A DNA stretch of 64,000 bases from Malacoraja senta (Eukaryota). The stretch spans positions 1 to 64,000 of the forward strand of contig JAXLNO010000188.1 in assembly GCA_038087875.1 (NCBI GenBank), given 5' to 3'. Under the pieces are notes generated by a model. It was not told where the DNA came from, did not search any database, and saw only the letters and a list, made by a program, of their open reading frames with translations. The translations under genes and the position numbers were made by a program. This document shows positions 26,239 through 37,700 of the stretch, one piece after another; positions within the stretch are counted from its first letter, which is position 1; each line of letters opens with the position of its first letter.

Positions 26239-28669
26239 ATTCCAGGGGCTCCGCTTGTGCTAACCTCATTTCCCAGTATTGTCAGACCATTGTGCTGCTG
26301 GTCTACATCAGATGGAGGAGGTTATACGTTCACACGTGGGAAGGTAACTGAGTCTGTCCACAACACTGGCCATGAGGGAGGCAGCAGAGGCTGGCCTGTG
26401 CTCCTCTGGACCTCAAAGGCAGAGAGGAAACTGGGCAGGATTAATTAGACAATCTGATTTCATCAGTCAAGGGGTTAATGCAAGAAGGAAACAAGCTAGA
26501 GGTCGAGGGAGGAGCTGATAGTATGTACAATTATCAGAGACATTTTGCTATCTATGTTTCCCATAACATATCTATTATGAGAGGCAAAGGACAGTGAGAC
26601 ACTGAACCTGAACAGCCATATTGCAAGGTTTGCCTACACTTGACAAGGTTGGCATGGACTCGGTGGGCCGAAGGGCCTGTCCTGGAATGGAAATATCAAA
26701 GACTAGAGTGCACAACTGTAAGATTAGAGGAGACAAAGTTTAAAGGATTTGTACTGGGAAGGTTTTTTTATCCAGAGGGTGGTGGGTGTCTGGAACGCAC
26801 TACCAGGCATTATGGTGAATGCTGATATGATGGTGGCGTTTAAGATGCTTTGAGAGAAGCTCGTGGATATGGAGGGATATTGTTTATGCGCAAGGACAAA
26901 GGGTGAATGGGAGCTGGCGTGACTTAGTGGACGGGGCAGCTGAGGTTTGGGGCACTGTAGATGCTGAGAGAGTGGGAGATGCAGCAGGGAAACATTGGAA
27001 CATCCATGACTGGAGGTGACAGGGAGGGGGGGGTGGAGGGAGGGAGGGATGGAAGGATGGAGGAAGGGAGCGCCGCGTATGTGCATTTGCGAGTGTGCGT
27101 GCGTGCTTGTGTGTCTGTGCGTATGTGTCTGGGTGTGTGTGTACGTGTGTGCGTGCACATGTCTAAGATAAGATAAGATAAGATAAGACTTTATTAATCC
27201 CCTTATTCAGGGGAAATTCAGATGTCCTTGCAGCACACTAATAAAAATACAACATAGTGTTCAAAAAGAAGTTCAACACAAAAACATCCCCCCACAATGG
27301 TTCCCACTGTGGGGGAAGGCACAAAGTCCAGTCCCCATCCTCTTGTCCACCCAGAGTCGGGCCCACTGAAGCCTCCACAGTCCCGCCACGGCGCCCGATA
27401 TTCTCGCCCAGGCTCCGAGATGTACCGTTCAGCGTCACAGCTGGGCCGCTCCACAGAACCGCGGCTCCACGATGTTCCCATCGGCGGTCCCAGCATACTG
27501 GAGTCCCAGCGCGGCGACCCAGGAAAGGCATCGCCCGCTCCACGACAGCGCTCTATGTGTGCTTGTGTGTGGGAGTGCATTTGAGCAAGTCAGTGTGAGC
27601 AAGTCAGTGTGAGCAAGTGCGTGTGCATGAGTGCTTGTGCATGTTTGCGTATGCATGCGTGTGTGTACGCGGGTTTCGGGGTTGTGTGCGTGCATGTGCG
27701 TGTGTTTGGGTGTGTGCGTGCGCATGTGTGTGCACGTGTCCGTGAGTGTATATATGTGCACGTGTGTGCATGTGTCATGGTCTAATCCACGCGTGCATGT
27801 GCCCCCAGGGTGGACGAGAGACTGCCTGCAGGACTGGGGCAGCTTCCTGCAACTGGCCATCCCCAGCATGGTCATGTTCTGCATCGAGTTCTGGGCGTAT
27901 GAAATCGGATCCTTCCTGGCAGGTAGGCGCTCCAGGCTCCCACACCTGCTTCCTCATGTCCGCTGCACAATTCCAGGACTGATGGGTCCCGGATGTTCTA
28001 ACAACGAGTGTCTTTCTCTCCCAGGGCTCATCGACCAAGTTCAGCTTGGGGCACAAGTCGTCATCTTCCAGTTCCTAACGATTTTGTACATGGTGAGTTT
28101 CAGACGCCCGATAGAACATGCGGCACTCCAGCCCTGCCCCCTCCCCCAGACCCTGGCAGCACCTGCCTCTCCCAAATTAGTCCCCACTCAAAACATCCCA
28201 CCTACAGCACTCAGTGCTCCACCCCGACATCTCCCCGACATCTCCCCGACATCTGCCCCACATCTCCCCGACATCTGCCCCACATCTCCCCCACATCTCC
28301 CCCACATCTGCCCCACATCTTCATGCCACATTTATGGCGGCACACTAGCACAGCGGCAGAGTTGCTGCCTCACAACGGGAGAGAACCTGCAATGATCCTG
28401 ACTACGGGCGCTGTCTGTGTGGAATTTGGACGATCTCCCTGTGACCGTATGTGTTTTCTCCAGATGCTTCGGTTTCCTCCCACATTCTAAAGTCTACAGG
28501 TTTGTAGGTTAATTGGCTTTGGTAAACTGTCCCAAGTTGTTGGATAAAACTTGTGTACAGGTGAATATTGGTCGCACCCACACATAGAAATACACACACA
28601 CACACACACTTGCACACGCACACACATACATACATGCACTACACACACACACATACACACACACACACA

Positions 28670-28709
<40 letters not shown>

Positions 28710-31700
28710 TACACACACACGCGCACATACACAGAAACAGAGTCACACTTGCATATCCACAGGCATGGTCTCACATGCGCACACACACCATCCAGTTCAC
28801 CGTGTGATCCATGATCCTTGGACCTGACTACGGGACAAGACCTAGCCTTGCTGTTTCTTGTTTAAGATGAGTGTTTGCCCACTTTTCAGATTCACGTGGG
28901 CATTGGAATGGCAGCGGGAGTCCGTGTGGGGATGGCCCTGGGGGCAGGGCGCCCACAGCAAGCAAAGACCTCCGCAATGACTGCTTTAGTTTGTACAGGT
29001 GAGTGGAGATGTGGTGTGAGACTCGAACACAGTGGTGGGGTGCGTGTGTGCACGTGTGTCCATCACATGAGTAAGTGTGTATATGCGTGTGTGTGTGCGT
29101 GTGCGTGTGTCCGTCACATGATTATGTGTGCATGTGTGTGTGCGTGTGTGTGTTTATCTGTGTGCAGGTGTGACTAACCACCCCTGACCCAGATTCCATG
29201 CCCCTGACCATTCTCTCACTGTCTCTACTCCCTGTCTGTGCCTTTCCATATCCATGCCAATACTCTCCCTCAGTGTACCACTATCCTGCTCTAGTTTAGT
29301 TTACAGATACAGCACGGAAACAGGCCCTTGGGCCCACCGAGTCCACGCCGACCATTGATCACCCGTTCACACTAGTTCTATGTTATCCCACTTTCACGTC
29401 CACCCTACACACTAGGGACAATTTACAGAGGCCATTTAACCTACAAATCTGCATGTCTTTGGTATGTGGGAGGAAACCAGAGCACCCGGAGCAACCCACG
29501 AGTTCCAGGAACTCATCACCTTCTGTGGGGGAATAAAAATATCTGCCCTCATTGAGTCATGCAGCATGGAAACAGGCCCTTTGGCCCGACTCATCCATGC
29601 TGACCATGATGCCTTCTTCTTCTTCTTCTTGCGTATGGCGTGCACAGCCTAAAGTTGTGAGACTTCCGTTTGCGCCCGCCAGGTTGATTGCATTCGTCGA
29701 AACAGGGTGGACCACGTGAAGATTGCAATCTCCCACCCAACCATGATGCCCCATCCAAACTATTCCGATTTGCCCCCATTTGGTCCATATTCCTCTAAAC
29801 CTTTCCTATCCATGTACCTGTCCAAGTGAGTTTTAAATGTTGTTATTATACCTGCATCAACTACCTCTCTAGCAGCTCGTTCCATATACCCACCACCCTC
29901 TGAGTTAAAAGGTTGACCCTTGGGTTCCTATTAAATCTTGCCCCTCTCACCTAAAAACCCATGTCCCCAGGATCGTGATTTTTCTACCTCGGTTCTTGAT
30001 TCCTCTTTAATACTTTGCCCCTCTCACCTTAAAGCTATGCCTTTTGTCTTTGACATTTCCACCCTGCGGAAAAAGATGTTGACAGTTTGCCCTAGCTATG
30101 CTTCTTGTAATTTTACATAATTCTACCTGGTCTCCCCTCAGCCTCCGACGCTCCAGGGAAATCAGCCCACGTTTGTCTAACCTCTATTAGCCTCTAATCA
30201 GGCAGCGTTCTGCTGAACCTCTGCTAAACCCCTTGTTGTCCCGTCTATTGCCTCTCATTCTCTGTGTCCTCTTTTGCGCAGGGTGCGTGGCTTTGGTCCT
30301 TATGACGTTCCTCCTGATGCTGAAGGACGTGATAGCCAAGATCTTCACCAGCAACCGGTCAGTACAGTGGCTCAGAGGAGGGGGGGGACGGTGGGAGTGG
30401 AGAGTGACCTATGTCCGTCTAAAGTGGGGACCTGTGCTAAGAGGTTTTGGCGTGGACACAGCAACAACCTGAATATCTGCTCAATCCCAATAACCAAGGC
30501 ACGGTGGCTCAGCGGTAGAGTTGGTGCCTCACAGCGCCAGAGACCCGGGTTCCATCCTGACTAAGGGGGCTGTCTGTACGGAGTTTGTACGTTCTCCTCG
30601 TGACCAGCTTTGGTTTTTCTCTGGGATCTCCAGTTTCCTTCCGCACTCCAAAGACGTACATGTTTGTAGGTTAGTCGGCTTGGTATAATTGTGAATTGTT
30701 CCTAGTGTGGAGGTTAGCGTTAATGTGCGGGGATTGCTGGTCGGTGCGGTCTCTGTGGACCGAAGGGCCTGTTTCTCATTGTGATGTAAAAGCTCTGATA
30801 TGGGGCCAGGCCACGCAGTATCTTTAACCAGCTCATTACGCATTCGTCCAAACTCGTGAGTCCAAGCCCAATATCCTCAATTTCCCCTTCGTAAGGCAAG
30901 CCTGTTGTTCCAGGAATCAAGCTGGTGAACCTTCACTATGCTCCCTCCATTCCAGGTAGAAAGACCACACCTGTAAACACCTGCAGGCTGATGAGATCAT
31001 GTCCGGCACCAACATTGTGGGCCGATGGGCCTGTTCGTGTGCTGTACTGTTCTATGCGTACAGATGATCGATATCCCTCCATTCCATGGATATCCATGTG
31101 CCGATCTAAAATCCGTTAAATTCTTCCACCACCATCCCTGGCAGCGCGTTCCAGGCACCCACCATAACAGCCCCTGCACATCGTATTTGAAACTTTACCT
31201 CTCACACCTTAACGCTATGCCTTTAAAGTCCTTGACATTGTCACATTGGGAATAAAGGTTTTGACTGTCTACGCCTCTGGTAAGTTTACATACACCTACC
31301 AGCGTTGAGGTTTTACCCAACATTCTGTTGCTGCATGTAGCTGTATAAGTATCTGAGGTTGAATCTTTGTCTTTAACAGGCAGATCATCGAGCTGGTTTC
31401 GAGCACCATACCCATTATAGCCCCTTTCCACCTGTGTGATGCCATAGGCTCGGTAAGTCACTCAGTGGGTCGTGTGGTGGAGGGCTTGCTACAGGATCAA
31501 GTGATGGTGGGGTCCGGTGGGCTGTGGCCACGATGAGATGATGACCTGAGAGATGACCATTACCCCCGGGGTCAATGCTGGCCCATCTCGGGCAAAACCG
31601 CCCCCCTCCACAGCTGTAAATTAAAGCACTCATCTCAAACAATCCCAGCAGGGCACAGCCAGTGAACCAAAACCTTTAGTGCAAAAGGACACAAAGTGCT

Positions 31701-34700
31701 GGAGTAACTCTGCAGCTTCAGGCAGCATCTCTGGAGCTCCAGGCAGCTTTTATTGCCTCCAGTTCCCTCCCCTCTTCTTCCAGTCTGTAGAAGGGTCCAG
31801 ACTCAAAACGTCAACCATCCTTTTTTCTCTCCAGAGATGCTGCTGCCTGGCCCGCTGAGTTACTCCAGCACTTTGTGTCTCTGCTCAGCGTCTCTGGAGA
31901 ACATGGATAGGTGACGTTTCGGGTCAGGACCTTCCTTCAGACCGATCATTCTGAAGAGGGGTCCTGACCCGAGACGTCACCTATCCATTTTCAATCAGCC
32001 TGAAGAAGGATCCCGACCTGAAAAGTCACTTATCCACGTTCTCCAGAGATGCTCCCTGACCCGCTGGGTTACTCCAGCACTTTGTGTCTTTAAAAAAAAA
32101 ACGTAGGATTGCAATATCTCATCCCTCATACTGAGGTCTCTCATTTCGTTTGTCAACAGGGAGCAGCCAGCGGGATTGTGCGAGGAATTGGGATGCAGAA
32201 AGTCGGAGCGATTGCTAATCTCGTGGCGTTCTACATTGTTGGGATTCCCGTGGGAATCGCGCTCATGTTTGCCGCAAAGATCGGAATTCTTGGTGAGGAG
32301 TGAAGCTGCTCAGGACCCCTGATACAATCAACCAGAGGCCTTCACTTCACTTCAGTTTAGTTTAGTTTAGTTTAGTGATACAGTATGGAAACAGGCCCTT
32401 CGGCCCACCAAGTCCACGCTGAACAGCAATCACCCGGGTGTATGCTAGCACCATCCTACACACTAGAGACAATTTATAGAAGCTGATTAACCTGCAAACC
32501 TGCACGTCTTTGGAGTGTGGGCGGAAACCAGAGCACCCGGAGAAAACCCACGCGGTCACAGGGAGAATGTACAAACTCCATACAGACAGCACCCGTAGTC
32601 AGGATCGAACCCAGGTCTCTGCTGCTGTGAGGCAGCAACTCTACCGCTGTGCCACTGTGCTTGTGCCACCCTATTTCCTCCTCGTGCTCCGGTTCCCTCC
32701 GACATGAACGGGTGATCGATGGTTGGTGTAGACCTGGGGGAGCCAAAGGGTCACGCGCAGGCCGATGAGATTAGTTTAACTTGACAGCATTGTTGGCTGA
32801 AGGGCCTGATCCCGTGCTGTATTATATATTCTGTAAGTACAGATCCTACAACAACTTGACAAACTCTTAGACAGAGGACAGTGTCCACTGCTCACAATGG
32901 AGTAGAGGTGAATCGGACAGTACCCTAGCTTATGGAAGGAGCATTCAGATTCTGATAACAAAGGGGGAAGAAGCTGTTCCTGAGTCTGGTGGTGTGAGCT
33001 CACAAGCTTGTATGCTGAGTTCCTCCAGCACTGTTTGATTTGCCCACCACTGTAAACATTCACATTTACACCAACAATGCGCTGGGCTGCTATATTTGCA
33101 CCCAATAAGGTGCCTGCAGCCGATCATCGTGTCCTCAAGCAATGGACCGCACTCCCCAGAAGGACAAGGCCAGCACACCGCCTCCTCCATGTTCTCATCA
33201 GGTCATGAATTATGCAGAAATCATTGGCTGTTCCACCATCATCCGTGACTCGCATGTTTCTGTCCCTCAAGGTGACGTTCCGCCCTGAAACAGTAACTCG
33301 TTTTCGTTTTTCTGCGAACACTGCCTGACCTGCTGAGGATTTCCAGCAATGTTTGTCTTTGGGGCAACACGGTGGAGCAGTGGTAGAGTTGCTGCCTCAC
33401 AGCGCCAGAGACCCGGGTTCGATCCTGACTATGGGTGCTGTCTGAATGGGGTTTGTACCTTCTCCACATGACCATATGGGTTTCTCCGGGTGCTCCGGTT
33501 TCCTCCCACACTCCAAAGGCGTACAGGTTTGTAGGTTAATTGGCTTCAGTAAAGATTATAAATTGTCCCTAGAGTGGAGGATAGTGGGAGTGTGCGGGGA
33601 TCGCTGGTTGGCTCGGACTCAGCAGGCTGAAGGGCCTGTTTCCGCGCTGTATCTCTAAAGTCTAAAGTATTAAAGTGGTGATCATCCACCATCCACCCAT
33701 TTTCCCCACCCCCAAGTTAATCACCCATGGAACTTGGTGACCGATGAAGGTGTCCCATGGAACCCCCATGGATGGGCACCATCAGTTGGACACCTATGGT
33801 TGATGGAGATGAACCGATCATCCCTAACTGAGACTGGGCAGGCAGTGCCCACCCCGGATCTGACCACCTTTTCCAAGAACCACATTTACCAACCGAGCTC
33901 TTGCCGTCTCTTGCAGGCCTTTGGGCGGGATTGGCCATCAGTACCTTCCTGTTGTCCGCTTTCTTCTTGACGTTGATCTTCAGGATGGACTGGGGCGCGG
34001 CGGCACAAGAGGCAAGCGCTGGTTTTCTCCACTTCGACCGTCCTTAGCTCCAGGGCCTTGGTGATGGGACAAGCTCCAGTCACAGGGAGGGAAGGTCACA
34101 GATGAGCAGGTTGTGGGAGAGGTCGGGGAGGTCCAGACACGACTGGGGCTCTGTGCACCACAAGGGTCAGGCAGCATCTGTGCAGGGAATGAGCAGGCAA
34201 CGTTTTGGGTCAAGACCCTTCTTCAGACTGATTTTGGGGGGGTGGGGGGGGGGGGAGGGTCGGAACCAGGGGGTGTGAGGGCAGAGCTGGGGGATTTGCG
34301 GGACAGGAGCAGGGTGTGGGGGTCAGGGCTGGAGGTGTGTTTGGGGCAGGAGCAGGGTGTGGGGGTCCGGGCTGGGGTTATATAAGGGAGAGGAGCAGGG
34401 TGTAGGGGTCAGGAACAGAGTGTGTCGGGGCAGAGCCAGGGGTGTATACGGGACATTGACCAGGGTGAGGACAGGGACAGGGGTATTTATGAAATGGGAT
34501 CAGGGGCGGGTGGTCAAGATTGGGGGTATTTACAGGACACCTAAGGGGAGGGGAGGTCAGGGCTGGGGGTGTAGGGGCAGGAGCAGGGGGTGGGGGGGTC
34601 AGGGCTGGGGTATATACGGGAGAGGAGCAGGGTGTGGGGGTCAGGGCTGGGGGTGTAGGGGCAGGAGCAGGGGGTGGGGGGTCAGGGCTGGGGTATATAC

Positions 34701-37700
34701 GGGACAGGAGTAGTGTGTGTGAGGTCAGGGGCGTGCACTGGAGTTCACACTTGCTGCCTCTAGCAGGGGCACTCTGTGAGGGTGTGTAACATTGAGGTAC
34801 AGGTGTGTGTTTGCCGTGCCTCGCCTGCTATAGTACATATATTGGTCCCGGCTGCCTCACCCCTGTGTACGAGGTATAGGGGGGCTGCCGTCACTGGGCT
34901 GTTAAGGGAACTCACGGACACTCTGACCCTCAGCCCCACTTCCTCCTCTTCCAGGCTGGGGAACGGACGGGACTGAGGACAAGTTTGGAAACTACAGCGT
35001 CAACAGAGGAACACCCCCCTGCATACGGTAACATTGCTGATACACCACTCAGTTATCTTGGGCTAGAAGCACAGGTTCCAATCCCACATCGGGAACTAGG
35101 GAACGTAAACGGAATGAAATAAATCCCAACTTTTATTGTCTTCATAAGTTCCAGGAGCAGAATTAGACCATTCGGCCCATCAAGTCTACTCCTCCATCCA
35201 ATCGTGGCTGATCTATCTCTCCCTCTCAACCCCATTCTCCGGTACCCGGACGTGGCGCCGACGGACGAGAAGCCAAAGCAAAGAAGTGGAACGTCATGTC
35301 CGTTATTTGACTTTTCTGTTGAGCGGCATTCTGTTGGCTTGTAGGCGACGCCGCCTTTCAGGGTAGGTGGCGTTTCGACAGAGCGGCCAATCGGTGAGTT
35401 TGCTTTTAGGCGACGCAGCCTTTCGGTTAGTTGGCTTTTAGGCTTCGTTTCCATTCGGTTATTTGGCTTCCACTTCTTTGCTTCGGCTTCTCGTCCATCG
35501 GCGCCACGTCCGCACACGCCATTCTCCAGCCTTCTCCCCATAACCCCTGACATTCTTCCCCCAAATAATCTATTATCAGTAACAGTTTGGGTTTATTACT
35601 GTCACGTGGACTGAGATACAGTGAAAAGCTGTGTTTTGCATGCTCTGCAGTCAGATTAGAAATACCGTACACAAACACAATCGTCAAACTCAAGAACAAT
35701 AGACAGAGCAAAGGGGAAGATGCAGAGTGCAGAATATAGTTGTAGCGCATCAGTTCAATGCACATTGCCTTGGCCAGTCAGAAGAACAGTCCTGACCTGA
35801 AACGTCACCCATCCTTTTCTCCAGAGATGCTGCCTGACGCACTGTTACTCCAGGGCTTTGTACCCATATCGAGTAGAGAAGTTGCGAGTTCATATTACAC
35901 TTATATAAGACATTGGCCAATTTTAGAAAATTGTGTTCAGTTTTGGTCGCCATGTTGTCCAGCTGGAAAGGGTGCAAAGAAGATTGATGAGAATATTGCC
36001 AGGACTCGAGGGCCTGAGCTATAGGGGGAAGTTGAGCAGGGTAGGACTCTATTCCACGGAGCGCAGGAGGATGAGGGGTGATCTTATAGAGGTGTACAAA
36101 ATCACAAGAGGAATAGATACTGAGTAAATGCATGGAGTCTTTTGCCCAGAGCAGGGCAATCGAGAACCAGAGGACATAAGTTTAAGGTGAGGGGGGAATG
36201 ATTTAATGGGAACCTGGGGCTTAACTTTTTTACACGAAGGGTGGTGTGTGTGTGTGGAACAAGCCGCCAGCAGAGGTAGTTGTGGCAGGTACTATCCCAA
36301 CGTTTAGATAGGTACATGGATAGGACAGGTGTAGAGTGATATGGGGCAAATGCAGGCAGGCAGGCAGCAAGCACTGTGCTGCCCCAGAGAGAGCTGGTGG
36401 ATTGGGAATTGCTGTGGGACTAGTCTGGGTTCGGTTGTGAATGTTAATGCTGGTGGATGATATACAAGTGAAGCAGGAAGCTTTATCCACGATGGAGTCG
36501 GGCTCCCGCACACCCCTGACTAGTGCCTGGCCAACAGAGGAGACGCACCCACTGCAGGGTACTCAGCCAGGGTAGAAATGTCAAAGACTAGAGGGCACAG
36601 CTTTGAGGTGAGAGGGGCAAAGTGTAAAGGAGATATGCGGTGAAGTTGTTTACACAGGGTGGTGGGTATCTGGACCGTGCTGCCAGGGATGGTGGTGGAG
36701 GCAGATGGTGGTGTTTAAAGGGCCTGTCCCACTTGGCCGTCATTTGCGCCTCATTTACGCGTCATATATAAAATAGGTCGACGCGTCGTTACGGGCGACG
36801 TTACGCGCAAGTCACGCGTCATCACGCCGTCTGGTGCGCGGCGACGCATGGTTACGCATGGTGACGTAACCATGTGTCACCACGCGAAACACGTGAGACG
36901 TCGGGACGCCAGCGTGCAACGCCAATGCGTCAGCGTGCGTACACGATATGTCACGCAGGTGGCGCGCGAGGATTTCATGCAGCACGAAATCCTGGAGTGC
37001 CGCGCGATACCGCACACTCCTCCACGCCTCTCCATGCGCCCGTCCCGCGCTACCCACACGCTACCCGTGCGTCACAACGTGACGACCACATTCTTGGAGG
37101 TCGGGTAAATGGCGTCCAAATGACAGCCAAGTGGGACAGGCCCTTAAGAGTTTTTTAGATAGGCAGGGATTGGGGGAATGGGGGAATATGGATCACTTGC
37201 AGGCAGAGGATGTTAGTTCAACGTGGCATCATGTTCAGCGTGGATGTTATGAACCATTCCATATCCATGGTATTTGGGTCGGAGTAACATGGAACTGCAG
37301 AGGCTGGTTTACAAACAAAGACACAAAGTGCTGGAGTAACTCAGCGGGTCAGGCAGCTTCTCTGGAAAACACAGATAGGTGATGATTCAGGTTGGGACTC
37401 TTTCTTCAGAATGAAAGAAGGGTCCCGACCCGAAACGTCTCCTACTCGGAGAAACGTCTCCAGAGATGGTATTTATGTGGGCAGACGACACGAAGTGCTG
37501 GAGTAACTCAGTGGGCCAGGCAGCATTTCTGAAGAAAAAGGATGGGTGACGTTTTGGGTCGGGACTCTTCTTCAGACTCCGGTGTTTATGTGGTGGGTCC
37601 AGCACAGGACTAATGAAACTATTTGTTCTTTCTGGAAGGTGACACCTTGCGCTTGTCCCAGAGCCATGAAGCAACTGGTCACGTGGAAGGCAGCGCTCTG

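Noticed and set aside
25778..26448. ORFs containing X runs (also 62809-63331)
   Set aside because: They span assembly gaps; only exon 8 within them is supported.
28402..28814. His/Thr- or Cys/Val-rich ORFs (also 26724-27176, 41973-42371)
   Set aside because: Translations of (CA)n/(TG)n microsatellites.
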